A stretch of DNA of 61,995 nucleotides, counting the filler, from Nemertoderma westbladi (taxonomy: Eukaryota; Animalia; Xenacoelomorpha), in assembly GCA_032718475.1 (NCBI GenBank). It is 3 parts of 3 records of this genome, joined end to end, with 100 filler letters (N's around TTAATTAATTAA, not from the genome) between each part and the next. Parts side by side here need not be neighbours in the genome. Positions count along the whole stretch, not along the records: positions 1 to 25,886 come from JAUCBJ010000189.1; positions 25,987 to 47,070 come from JAUCBJ010002576.1; 1 more part is not named here. The stretch is one strand, 5' to 3'. The notes below the pieces were generated by a model. It ran no database searches. It was not told the origin of the DNA and saw only the letters and a list, made by a program, of their open reading frames with translations. Both the position numbers and the translations under genes were made by a program. Below, piece by piece: positions 21,536-34,089 of this stretch; within the stretch, counting starts at the first letter, position 1, and each line of letters opens with the position of its first letter.

Positions 21536-21592
21536 AATCGCGCTTCCCACTTAACCTACTGTACTATAAAATCGCGCTTCCCACTTAACCTA
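21536..21592. repeat. 34-bp satellite, terminal block (<2 units)
   Basis: Same unit; the array ends here. Confidence 0.9.
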
Positions 21593-22312
21593 AGAACTGC
21601 TACTCAAATAAAACACGTTAAAGTCGGTATAAAAACCTAACTCTACAATAGAGCATTTAATATCTGAATGGGTCATGAGCGCCTTAGAATCTATTTAAGA
21701 GTTGGGCGCTATATAAATAATAGTTTATTATTATTATTATTATTAATATAATTATTGTAAGACTTGTTTTTCCTTTACAGTTGTTGTAGTAACTGTTGGT
21801 ATAGTAGTAACTCTTAGTGCATTAATTAATGTGAATTTCATTAATTTCGTTCATAATTGTGTGACATGGGCACTATTTATCGTTTTAAGACCCTCGTTTA
21901 GTTATGTGAACCTCCCTCGCTGCCTTCGCTCTGTACATAAACACACTCAGGTCATATAAAGCTGAAAAGCGCTAATTTTCACACAACAATGATGTAAAGT
22001 AATTATTTTTCTAAATTTTAAACATTAATATTCTGAGGCTCTCGCAATTACTATTATTATAAAATTCATTAAATTCCAACAAAATATCATTTAATTTTTA
22101 AGAAAACGTAAAGTTTTTTCATCAAAGTAGATAAAGTTTGCGCTTAATTTAAAAACATTCCAAAAGCAGGTTAAATTAATTTGACGTGCGTAGTTTCGTG
22201 CACAGGTAAGCGTAATCGGTTATGTGGCCTCTCCGTCACTGTGTCTTACTAATATTAATGAGAGAAAGCGTTTATGGGTCTATATAATGACACGATTCCT
22301 CGGTATTTACAG

Positions 22313-22417
22313 GACCACGATTTCTTCCAACACCTCGAGATGCACATCCGATCGGAGCACCCACCTCTCTGTGGCCGGGATCATCTCGCCTTCCGTTCTT
22401 ACTATTTTCCGGTAAAG
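22313..22417 (+). CDS. SF3B3: Splicing factor 3B subunit 3, penultimate coding exon
   Basis: tttacag acceptor, gtaagt donor. Encodes [35 protein letters not shown]. Confidence 0.93.
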
Positions 22418-22472
22418 GTAAGTAGTCATAGAAACAGAGAGTGTTTTAGTAGTCATAGAAAGGGGGAGTGTT

Positions 22473-23130
22473 TACTACTACTAGGATCGGCATGCTGCAT
22501 TGCAGCTGCATTCTTAAGAATGCTGTGCCGGGTTGTCGACAAAATTGCGCCGCCACAACTCCCTATCACCCATGACATTTGCTAGATCATCCGCATCTTC
22601 AAGGCCAGTGTCATTTAAGATGCGTCTCAAGAAAGTCATGGGCTGTCCACCATGCTTATTCACTCCATGAGGCTGCCAAAGTACAAGATTATGCACTGGC
22701 TGGTCCTCACGGCGAAAGCAATGTCCTGCAAAGCGGAGGGGATTTTGTTCTAGTGTCAAGCTTGGGGGAACCAATGAGACACCTCCAATGTTAAGTGTCT
22801 GGTTGGAGATGTGTGCATTGTACTTGACACAATGTACCCGGCGTAGCATTCTTGTGAATGTGCCATCCAGAGATTTGGTGTCCTCAGCAGTTAGAGCCCA
22901 GCATGAACTCCCATAGAGGAGTACTGGAACTACTGCTGCTCTAAATAATCGGACCTTAAGTTTCCGATTAATTCTCGGTGACTTCCACATCCTGGAAAGC
23001 CTATTCAAGGCTGCCCATGCCTTTCCCTTACGTATTCGAAGGTCCTCACCTGACTTCCGGATCCATGATCCCAGGTAACAGAAGTCGTCCACATGCTCAA
23101 GCATACAATCCTTTAAGATTATGCTCATCC
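22473..23130 (-). mobile_element. 3' fragment of RTE-clade LINE in the last SF3B3 intron
   Basis: VDDFCYLGS, RKGKAW, LLYGS..W, LRFAGHCFR; (TAG)n tail at 22473-22483. Confidence 0.88.
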
Positions 23131-23394
23131 GGTCAGAGACTTGCTGGGGACTTACCTAGATCTATTATTCTATTGCAAACACCCACCCCCCTAATAATAT
23201 TAACCCTATTAAATTACTAACCTGCGAAATCTTACTCCACGAGTTAAATTTAATTTATTGAATTGGTTCCTTGCAATGCAAGCCGCCTCTGTAACCTGTT
23301 CATTTACGCTTGAAATGTAATTAGTATTTCATTGTTCGCCACACAGTTAAATTACTATGTTTATGGTGGTTTATTGTCTAATCTTTTGTTTCAG

Positions 23395-23535
23395 AATATT
23401 ATTGACGGTGATTTGTGCGAACAATTTAACTCGATAGAGCCGAGTAAACAGAAATCAATTGCAACCGAACTCGATAGAACTGCCTCCGAAGTTGCCAAGA
23501 AGTTGGAAGACATTAGGACACGTTTTGCCTTTTAG
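23395..23535 (+). CDS. SF3B3: Splicing factor 3B subunit 3, last coding exon
   Basis: tttcag acceptor. NIIDGDLCEQF...KKLEDIRTRFAF* is the SF3B3 C-terminus, in frame with the previous exon. Confidence 0.95.
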   Translation, partial: NIIDGDLCEQFNSIEPSKQKSIATELDRTASEVAKKLEDIRTRFAF

Positions 23536-23625
23536 TGACGCTTTGGGGGTTAACTTTATCGGATTCGTTTATAATTGTGTCGTTTCTTTTGATAAATTAC
23601 ACATTATATTTTTTTGTCTTTTATA

Positions 23626-23631
23626 AATAAA
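23626..23631 (+). terminator. Candidate polyadenylation signal of SF3B3
   Basis: AATAAA ~90 bp after the stop, followed by GT-rich sequence. Confidence 0.55.
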
Positions 23632-25609
23632 TGTTATACAGTATGTCGTAGTGGCGTATTTATATTAAACTAAATAGTTGAGTTACAAAGGGTTGTAGTC
23701 TCCTATAACATTGGCTACTTAGAAACCTAACGACTTGGATATTGCCCATTTAATGAGTGTAGTAGCTTAAATAGTAAAATAGACCAATTTTTTAGCGGAT
23801 CTACAACACCCTTAGTAACTCACCTGTTGTGTTTAATGAATCAATGTAGTTATTTTAAGTGCAATTTGATTATAGTGAGATACATCGTTACAACTACCAT
23901 AAATTTATATTTATTGTTATTATTGAGGTATTCATGGAAATATTGATGTGTTACGGCGATATCTGTGCGATTGAATCTCGTTTATTGTTTTGGTTAGAAT
24001 ATCCATCCATTGTATCCTGTTCTTTTCCCTTAAATTTTGATATTTGCGTAAGGCCTCGCACACACTACCTTTACTTTTGTTTGGGTTAAAAAGAACAGAA
24101 AAAAGTGGTACTTTTTTCCCTTTGATGTAATAAATAATTATTTTTTACTTTAGTTTAGGTAGTGAACTGTTTCCAGTTCGCAACTGTTTCCAGTCTGCTG
24201 TCATAAAAACAATAAAAAAAATAGTTGAGAAAGAGTGAGCAATATGGCCCCATTTTCACGTGCTTGGCAAATATCAATTCAATGTCTTTAAATCACCTGT
24301 TTGATAAATAGGAATATATAACACTTAAATCACAGGGAGCCATATAGGCTAGCCGATTTCCGGTGCCCCCAAGTTGATTATGCACGTGATCCCTTTTGTT
24401 AGAAAGAGGGGCCGGTCGTTTCGGAACAACAACTCAATCACATAACATGTCGCCAATAATCCGACACTGGTTTAATAGTGATTGCTAGGCCCGCTCTGAG
24501 TTTACCTCACAAATACGCCATTATTGTTTATGTATAAAAGAAAAGGGAAGCTTTATTTAGTGGCCCAAGTTCGGGGGTGTATGAAGCGGTTAGACCATTA
24601 CAGATGAGAATTAGAGTATGTCTCGCTTTATTCATAGCCGGTGCCGCATTGACAATGATTTGTGATTGAATGTTACCTCGTTTATGGTAAAAAGGGAGGC
24701 CCCACGGGAAGGGAAGGGGGGCTGAGAGTGAGAAGTTTCCATCTCTGCAAGAATGCCCTAATCTCTGTTTCGCGTCTTAAATAGCCGCTAAATGAGTTCA
24801 AGAAACGACCTGGAAAGTTTATCCACTCTTGTAGCACAACCAAAGTGGTGAAAAGTGGAGGGCCCGGGAAGATATAAAAAAAGTTTCCAACATCACCCTC
24901 GAATTATCAACAAGTGCCATCGTGATAATTAGGCTATACAAATTCGAGATTTTTGAATGGTTGTAGCTTTACCCCCATGATCATACGAACTATCACATGA
25001 ACGAAATATCTTTGTATGATCAAAATTAATTTCCAGTGGCGACCTTATTAACTGATCAACCCATATGCGTCGAAATGTTCTGTCGTTGAAATAATTGTCT
25101 TAGTAACGATGAACGATGCGAGCCAATAGAGTGAACGAGGCCAATAGAGTAGCTGTAATAGTTAAAAGATAATTGTTCATAACATTCCCAGTGTCGCTAT
25201 TTTTTTGGTATAACATAAGAAACGGGTCATAAACTCCTAAAATATTTTGATGTTGTTTCTGGTAGGGTATGGTATCCGTTTTGAGTCGTTTCGCTGCAAT
25301 TAAAATAAAACCCAACAACAGTAAATTTATTTTTTACAAGGAAAACAAATAGCAGGTAGCGACTTTATTGCCTGCAGACCACCAATATTTATATTTTTTT
25401 GCCTTTTCGCACTCAGGGTTTAAGTTCGTTTTCCATAGGTTGTACCGTAGTGCGGCTCCACTGTTTAGTTCCTATGGCGCAAGTGTACGGAGGATAGCTA
25501 ATAGCAGAGCTAGTAGACGCCAGGGCTAGCCACCGGGAGTGTGAGGGAGGAGGGGGGGGGGGGGGGGGGGGTGGTGAGGTTTGGATTTCTTGCTACGCAT
25601 ACATATCAG

Positions 25610-25886
25610 TGGGATGGTACCTACTCCAAATAGATGGGCCTTGAAAACACATGGAGCTTTGGGAGCAGGTTAGACGAAGTTAGCGGTAAATAAAAGTTTC
25701 GAAAGATGAGGAGCGTAATTATGTTTAGATGACGTTTTAGTAAGTAAAGAACCGAGTTCAGAATAGGGGCTGATATGGCTTACTTAAATTTATGTAGGTC
25801 ATGGGGCTGATGATGTGGTGGTGGATGTCATGCATGAGAAGGTCGAACTGGTGTTTATACAGTAAGTTTAGAGGTAGAATTCCTAG
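25610..25886 (-). mobile_element. Decayed 3' end of a CR1-group (Crack/Daphne-like) LINE ORF2, cut by the gap
   Basis: Minus strand reads RLTCSQSSMCFQGPSIWS, resembling the S..(Y/F)QGP.IWN C-terminal motif. Confidence 0.45.
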
Positions 25887-25986
25887 NNNNNNNNNNNNNN
25901 NNNNNNNNNNNNNNNNNNNNNNNNNNNNNNTTAATTAATTAANNNNNNNNNNNNNNNNNNNNNNNNNNNNNNNNNNNNNNNNNNNN
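25887..25986. other. Scaffold gap, 100 bp with artificial TTAATTAATTAA spacer
   Basis: N44 + spacer + N44. Confidence 0.97.
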
Positions 25987-26299
25987 CGTTGCCAAGTAGT
26001 GCTGAGGTGGTTGACTATGGTTCCCAGCAGCGCCAGCAGATAGGCTAGGCAATATCAAGCATGCCAATAAATGAGGGAGCTGGAAGTATAGAGATACGGT
26101 GGCATTTTAATAACTTAATTACGTTTAGATCAATTAAAAACCATTTCTTATAAGGCAAATCTCTTGAACTGTAACTTGAAAACTATAATGGAATGGGGTA
26201 TGGGAAATACAGTTATATAATTTTGAAGTATAATTATTTAAATCTTTTACTAGAAATTAGTTAATATCCTTTAAGAGGCAGGTTGAAATTGCTGATTTT

Positions 26300-27660
26300 A
26301 CCCTAATCAACTTAATTAACTAATTAACTGCTATTATCTTACTTTCTCGAAGGCGACACGGAAATTCAACATGGAAAATTTCTAAACTTTGGCCAGATTA
26401 CATGTGTACCAAGTTTGGTTAAATTTCATTAACATTTGGCTGAGTTATTAACCAACTGAATTAACTAATTAACTTATATTATCTTAGCTTCTCGAAGGCC
26501 ACACGGAAATTCAACTTCGAAAACTTCTAAACTTTCGCCAGACTACATGTGTACCAAGTTTGGATAGATTTCATTAACATTTGGCTGAGTTTATTAACGT
26601 TTAAAATTGGACACAACAGATCAACAGATCAACAGAACACGTTCGTGGGGCCTTCGCGCAGGAGGAGGCCCAGTTATGAGATACAAATTAAAATTGAGCC
26701 ACTGTATCACAAAATCAGTATTTGAGAAATGTAACCATACCGACAATCAATCAAAGAAAGGGGGCAGTTAGTGTTCAGCCCTTTTAATCTGCACCCCTGC
26801 ACCCCCCCCCCCCCCCCCCCCCCCCTTCCTATCAACCAATACATAACCGCGACATCTACCACCCAAGGGGCGGAAGGGTAGCACAAACTTATTTCCAATC
26901 ACAAGTTCAATATGCGAAGCCATGTGTTTTATAGGAAATATTGAGTTTCGAGAAAATCGAGAATACTAGAAACTCGATCGAAATACCTGCTCATCTCAGT
27001 ATCCGTCCGTAGTCACCAGACTGCTGCGGTTTATTCCCGTAGAACAGTAGAATTCCCGCAACTTCCGACCCAATTCGACAACGAATTCGCCTCACACTTT
27101 CGCGTGGCAGAGAACGTAATCCGGTGTGATACATGTCTGCCCGACTTTCAACAATTTCCCCCAGGCGATCCAGGATATGGCTGTCCGGGCGCCACTAAAC
27201 CCAAATCGCAATCCTCGCCGATTCGTCCGGCTGCTCGGGTCCAGATACATCGGACTGTCGGAAGCTGTTTAGATGAAGAAGTTGTTTAGATGGCCTTGCC
27301 AACGACCAACGACCTGAAGACGGTACCGGTAACTCTGTACCACTGTAACAGTTAACAGTACTGGTACCATACTGTAATCCTGTAGTCTCCTAGCAACCAG
27401 CTGATGCTAAGCCTAATAATTGTTGGGTAGATTAATTTATTATAACTGTAAGGCAGTTACACAGATGCTGCACGAAGACCCCACGCAAATTCAACTTGGA
27501 AAATTTCTAAACTTTTGCCAGACTACATATGTACCAAGTTTGGATATATTTTATCGAATTAACGTTTAAAATTGGACACAACAGATCAACAGAGCAACAG
27601 ACACACCGATTGAGTTAGTGGTACCTGTATGCTAAGCTTGCTTACTTTCGTCGCTCGCCC
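26300..27660. repeat. Three related copies of an interspersed repeat segment (aaattcaac...tgtaccaagtttgg), possibly from a non-autonomous Helentron-like element
   Basis: Similar segments at ~26320-26450, ~26470-26640 and ~27480-27600. The class assignment is a guess. Confidence 0.4.
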
Positions 27661-28821
27661 CACATTGAATAAAATCAAATACAAATTACATTACAAAATA
27701 TAATTGAATTAATTAAATCAACTCTGTGCAGCTCTCTAACAATTCTCCTTAACATGCACTCAAGATGGCGAGCGACTAAGGCATTTTTCTAACAAACAAT
27801 AATCGATCAGGATCACTTTAACCAATTGAGGGAAAGGAGCAGGTTACAGTGCTGCAGTGGTGGGCTTTTCTAACCAAAACAATAAACCATCACTTTACCA
27901 ATTAAGAGAAAGGAGCAGGTTGCAGAGGCGGGTTTTCGTAACCAAAACAATAAACGATCACTCTTTCTAAACAAAACAATATTGGCATTGTTGATCTTGA
28001 TGGTAGAGTAGGCAGGCTGTAAGCATGGTATAATATTATATCCCAATAGTCATGGTCAATTACAACATAAATCAAGACAGCTGGTTAATGCTGCACAGTA
28101 CAGTACCGTAAACTACTCTATTCTATGGTTCTGCGTCATTACCTTATACTCCGCATCAGCACCACACAACCAAATACCAAATACTCAGCCTATAGGCCTA
28201 CTATACTGTAATACTGATACCGGTACAACTAAAAACAGAAGAACTGTAGTACAGTAGTAGGTACCGGTACATTAAAAAAGGGGTCATTAAAATAATATAA
28301 AGGGATCATATGATAAAAATATATATAATGTATAATACATATGATAAAAAATATTTTTCTTTTTAAAATGTCTTGCTCTACTTCACCTCCTGAGTACCTC
28401 TTGTAGCTGTTTTGAGCATTCTGACTGGGAAGATGCATAGCAATCCCCTCCGAATCCTTTTCAGGCTCGTATCAGGCACTATGACTTCCCTGGTCCATTT
28501 ATGGTATGAACTCTTGTGCTGTTGGAGAGAGTGGGTTTTAAGGATTGGTTGGAGGGGAGCGGGTTCCTCGAATGGAATAGTTTTCTCCAACTCGGGAATG
28601 AGGATGGGTTCATATTCCCGTTCAATCCCTCTTTCCCTATCCTCCTCGATTAGGAAATCTCGCTCGAGTAAAGCTGTTTCGTAATTGGCTAACTTGGCGT
28701 CGTCCATACTTTTATTTTGTATCAATATCTTTTCTGCCTTTATCTCTCGAGATTGTTGTTCCGCATCCCATTTTTGTATCTTTTTTATTTTATTGAGTTC
28801 CCTTTTCGTTTATCATTTTCT

Positions 28822-29940
28822 CACTGAGTTTCTCTCTGCAATAATTTCATCAGGAATCCCATATAATGAAAGTATGCTGAACATACGTGAGCGAGAGACT
28901 GAATCAAAGGCCTTGAAGAAGTCAACAAAGATAACAGCCAGATGCCTGTCTTTTTTTGATAATTCTTCAATTATCCTTCTAAGTGCCAAAATGGGCTCCA
29001 TGGTCCCACGACCTTTACGGAACCCATTCTGATTTCCACGGAGCAGTCTCTCAAGACTAAGACACTTTTACTTCTATAAAGTTATTATGCAATACCCTGT
29101 CATTATTGAGGAGCTTTTCAAAGTGGGCCTTCCAACCATTGAGGCGATCGGCTGGTGATTCAGCCTTAACCTTGGTGGTTGGTTGGCTTTTTCGACCAGC
29201 AAGCAAGTTGATCGATCTCCATGCCTGTGATGATTGCCTGCTGTCGTCAGCATGATTGATGGCATCAACCAAAGTTTATTAGCTCCTGTAAATTAACAGA
29301 GTACTGCCTTTTTCAGGGACATAGATGCAGCCTTAACTGCATTCTTGGCCGCTGTAGTCTGTTTGAGTCGGGACTCTTTCTGCGCCTTGTAGAGGTCATT
29401 TCGGCACTTCTGAATTTTGTTGTCAGTCCAGGGGGCCCGTTTCCTGTTTCGAGGGTATTCAGGAACTGTTTCTGCAGCTGCTAACTTAACTGCCTTTGTG
29501 AAGGCAGTATAGCCCTCACAGTGATCTGCCGCCTCAGAGGCAAGAACCTCATAGCTGTTGCTCAGCTGTAGTGTGAAGCTGGATCTCACACTTGGTTGTT
29601 GCAACAGAGAGGACCAGTCATGCCACGGCAAGGCAGATTTCGTTGTTCCGCTAGCACGCAGACTAAGTCTTACCTTGGCCACAATAAGGCGGTGATCACT
29701 GGAGAAGGGTCGTAGTGTAAATGCATTACAGTCTTGTATAGAGCTCCTGTATTTCCTACGAAACAGGATATGGTCTATCTGAGACTTGTGACCACTGGGT
29801 CCACTATGAGTCCATAGCTTTCCAGTTCGCTTCTTGAACTGGGTTCCAGCCGAAAACAATCCATTTCCAGAGATAAAATCCTGAAGAATGATCTTGGCCG
29901 CTGTAGTGCGGTGTACACCATGTAAATCTCCAACAGCTCT
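28822..29940 (-). pseudogene. Decayed RTE-clade LINE fragment (APE end to RT start)
   Basis: KLWTH..SQIDHIL, SDHRLI, QNGFR.GR, LALRRIIE, FVDFFKAFDS spread over frameshifted ORFs. Confidence 0.85.
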
Positions 29941-30939
29941 GGCATACCCTCCATCAGCGTAGTACCTGGTAGTAGTATAGCCAACTGTATTTCAGGAAAC
30001 ACCCTTCTTTGGATCTAACATGATGTCACCACAAATAACTGAAAGAATTTCTTCAAAATGAACAGGATAAAACCTGAACCTTTCAAAAAAATCATATTAT
30101 CGTAATTGGGATAATGGGTTGTACTTCTTATTATATACTGGTTTACGCCTATTACCAATTTCTATGTCAAACTGAACACGCCACATGTTAATGTTAAATA
30201 TTACAGTTGGCAATATTACATGGTGTGTTAACACGTGCTTCTGCTAATAGCCTAAACAGAGGTTTTACCTCTGTTAAGGAAAATGTTCTCAGTTAGTTCA
30301 CAGAGAACTAACAGTGAACGTAAAACTCACCCTTTAACAGTGACTTATCAGACAGAGAACTAACATTGCCAATAACTCACCGACTAAAATTATCAGCGAA
30401 CAAATCTTCTCTGTTAGCTTAACATAAGGCTTAACAGAGGCAATTGCTCATCACCCCTGAACTGGTGATGCTGTTGCGGCCCGGACTTGCGGTGATGCTT
30501 GTGCTGTATGTTACAATATATGTATGTATGGTTTGTGCTGTATGTTACATACTGCATGCTTTTTGGTGTGGGATGGATGACCTACTGTACATGAGTGCAA
30601 TTCGTGTGTCTGTCGTCTTACTTTGAACTTTGTATATACATACAGTATAGACATACCTTCCTGTATAGTACCACAGTTGTTTACTTATCTTCTTATATTT
30701 CTACTTGTAGTATTGGGGTGACTGTCTCACTACGTAAATTCAGTAACACGTAACCTATACAGGTCTTACTGTAGCATAGTACATAGTATATGTGTACTGT
30801 AGAATGCATGGGCCTAGCCCATTCAATAAAATGATGCTTATTTCATACAAATTATCCGTTCCGGTGTTTCACTGTTACTGCCTCCTGTTGAATAATAATT
30901 ATTATTATTATTATTATAAGTCGGTCATTAGGCCATTTA

Positions 30940-31660
30940 AAATCCGTTGGTAGTCTGTCGGGTCTATCCCTCGCTTCACCTAGTGTCACCGTACCCAGAA
31001 TCCTTTTCAGGCTCACGATACGCTGATTGGCTCCGCTCGGCTGTCTGTTGGTGTCTGTTGGTCGGTGAGAGAATGCAGCAGTGATGCTGCATATCACTCC
31101 ATCCGGTTGGTAATACATCGGTCGACCCTTCACTGTACCACCACTCGCCCCTCTCAATCCCTTACAGGGTTGGTCCTCAGGCAAGTCAATCGGCTTAACT
31201 TCGGGGTTTGTCGGGTCCTCACAATGCCTAATGTCACTTTTCAGGAATCCTTTTCAGGCCCACACCAAGCTGACCAGCGCCGCTCGGACGGTCTGTGTCC
31301 TTCAAAGGTGCCGCTCGCCCCTCTCAATGACTTACAGGGTTGGTCCTCAGGAAAATCAAGCGGCTAAGTCCAAGGGTAACCCGGATCAGCTGTCCCTGTA
31401 CCTTTCTCCTGCACTCTGCCTAGTGTCACCCTAGATCGAATCCTTTTCAAGCTCACCCTAGGCTGACCGGCTCGGCATCCACACCTTGAATGATGCCTAG
31501 TGTCACCCTAGCCTGAATCCTTTTCAGGCTCGTGCTAGGCTGACCGGCGCCACTCAGGCATTTGTCCATAACTTTTCCGCAACTTTTCGGAATATTTGTT
31601 TATTGGAGTTTATAATTTTCAATATGCCCGGCACCCGATTTGAAAATAACACGAACAATT
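30940..31660. repeat. Interspersed repeat related to 50300-51200, with internal duplications
   Basis: Shared GAATGCAGCAGTGATGCTGCATA, CGGCTTA.CTTCGGGGTTTGTCGG and TATGCCCGGCACC. Confidence 0.7.
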
Positions 31661-32080
31661 TTTATCATCCGCCAGTTACCGCCGGTGAATGCCTACCACT
31701 TCATCCATTCGTTTAATATCTTTATTTAATATAATATAACCAGATAAAGACCCTCAATCTTTTATTTAATTTTTATCATCCACACACTATGTTACTGGTG
31801 GTGAATGCCTACCACTTCATCTGTTCGTTTAATATCTTTATTTAATATAATATAACCAGATAAAGACCCTCAATCTTTTACTTAATTTTTATCATCCACA
31901 CACTATGTTACCGCTGGTGAATGCCTACCACTTCATCCGTTCGTTTAACTTATAATACTAAAACCTATTTTAAATAATTTGCTTGCTTTTTTTTTTATAC
32001 ATCTGCTGAATATCAGCTATAATATAGCCTAAAGATATAATTCATTAAAGTCCTATCCGTATTCTTGAGTTCCAAGCCTA

Positions 32081-33005
32081 TTTTAATGAACTTTTATTTT
32101 TATGGCATTGTAGTTCATTCGTTATTTTAATGAACTTTGATTTTTATGGCATTGTAGTTCATTCGTTATTTTAATGAACTTTTATTTTTATGGCATTGTA
32201 GTTCATTCGTTATTTTAATGAACTTTTATTTTTATGGCATTGTAGTTCATTCGTTATTTTAATGAACTGTTATTTTTATGGCATTGTAGTTCATTTGTTA
32301 TTTTAATGAACTTTTATTTTTATGGCATTGTAGTTCATTCGTTATTTTAATGAACTGTTATTTTTATGGCATTGTAGTTCATTCGTTATTTTAATGAACT
32401 GTTATTTTTATGGCATTGTAGTTCATTCATTATTTTAATGAACTTTTATTTTTATGGCATTGTAGTTCATTCGTTATTTTAATGAACTTTTATTTTTATG
32501 GCATTGTAGTTCATTCGTTATTTTGATGAACTTTTATGGCATTGTAGTTCATTCGTTATTTTAATGAACTTTTATTTTTATGGCATTGTAGTTCATTCGT
32601 TATTTTAATGAACTTTTATTTTTATGGCATTGTAGTTCATTCGTTATTTTAATGAACTTTTATTTTTATGGCATTGTAGTTCATTCGTTATTTTGATGAA
32701 CTTTTACTTTTATGGCATTGTAGTTCATTCGTTATTTTAATGAACTTTTATTTTTATGGCATTGTAGTTCATTCGTTATTTTAATGAACTTTTATTTTTA
32801 TGGCATTGTAGTTCATTCGTTATTTTGATGAACTTTTACTTTTATGGCATTGTAGTTCATTCGTTATTTTAATGAACTTTTATTTTTATGGCATTGTAGT
32901 TCATTCGTTATTTTAATGAACTTTTATTTTTATGGCATTGTAGTTCATTCGCTATTTTAATGAACTTTTATTTTTATGGCATTGTAGTTCATTCGTTATT
33001 TTAAT
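32081..33005. repeat. 44-bp minisatellite (~21 units), unit TTTTAATGAACTTTTATTTTTATGGCATTGTAGTTCATTCGTTA
   Basis: 44-bp period (tatggc at 32101, 32145, ...). Confidence 0.96.
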
Positions 33006-33623
33006 GACTTCAATAGTCTGAAAATCCGCTTGAACTCGAAAACTTATTATCCGATAACCAAATACAACATTCTCTTACCGATTCAAAATGTTAGCGCATT
33101 TGATAAAAAAATATGTTCTTTCAATCTCAATTTCGTATATTTTGACTCTTTACTGACTGTGCCGAAAATACATGCAGGTATGTTTTAACTTGCTGGTCTG
33201 ATACAATGAGTGGAATGGCGCTAGTATACCTTCAACGAAGGGCTGCTCAATGTATCTGTTTATTCAACCCCTTTTTTCCCTTTATGTATTGATTTGCTTT
33301 ATATTTTATTTAGTTCGATACGGTATTTGATTATCTATTGTATTTAACTGAGATATGATACCGGGAGGGTGAGGCTACATAGTATAACAAGCAAATGACT
33401 GACTAATTAATTCTGTATGGACTCAAGTCTAGCATTTGTGTTTCCCTTTAGAGGAAACATATTGTAACTTGTCTTAATGTCTAATTATAATGATATTGCT
33501 ACCGTAATAAATTTGTGACAACTCTCAATCGTGATATAGTTAATAATAAGAGCTTTGCTTATAATAATGGTCTGAGATATCGCCATATATTAATTATTTA
33601 GTAAATCAGAGGTACGACAACAC

Positions 33624-34074
33624 ACAAATCTGATGCAATTGTCCAGATTATCACTGATACTTAATTATAGTGTTGTGGCGCGTGTAAAACTTTCTTGATT
33701 CCATAATATCGACGATATATTCAGCAAAGATGACAGCAAATTGAGTTCAACGACAGAATATCAGTTATAATATACGTAAATAAAGTTAAATTATTAACAA
33801 AGGCATGTTATAAATGCTAGTCATCAGAAATCTGACCAGCGGATAAAGGCCCTGCATGGGAGATAAACTCCATAGCAGCATGTAATGTACTGAATGAGCA
33901 AAACATCCAACCAGCAGAGATTATATACCAGGTTAACATAAGGGAATAATACAGACCAATGAGGCATTACAAACCTCAGCAAGCATCAATATCATAAGTA
34001 AAATATGCATATAATGGCACTAGAGGCGTAAAAACCCTTATCATAGCATATTCAACAGGAATAGTCAATATTAC
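33624..34074. repeat. Direct repeat copy 1, candidate LTR of the BEL/Pao element
   Basis: Colinear with 41783-42290. No clear polypurine tract seen. Confidence 0.55.
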
Positions 34075-34089
34075 CTGAAAACCAGAAAA

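Noticed and set aside
21536-21550. Satellite derived from, or supplying the start of, ORF2 of element C (MGSAI)
   Set aside because: These bases are the TSD/satellite flank. An in-frame TAA lies immediately upstream and the APE N-terminal motifs are missing, so this is a 5' truncation.
9279-21592. 34-bp repeat as a CRISPR array
   Set aside because: Units are head-to-tail with no unique spacers, there are no cas genes, and the context is eukaryotic with spliceosomal introns.
9279-21592. 34-bp unit as a telomeric repeat (contains TAGGTTA on the minus strand)
   Set aside because: Only a 7-bp resemblance to (TTAGG)n, and the array is internal, upstream of SF3B3 exons.
22200-22212. CAG|GTAAGC as donor of an upstream SF3B3 exon
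   Set aside because: The in-frame upstream sequence has a stop and does not encode SF3B3-like residues.
24160-25340. Possible decayed pogo/Tc1-like transposase
   Set aside because: Only faint motif resemblance, with no usable ORF or matching TIR pair.
25931-25942. TTAATTAATTAA palindrome inside the N runs (also 47115-47126)
   Set aside because: Identical all-frame-stop spacer centred in both 100-bp gaps; an assembly artefact.
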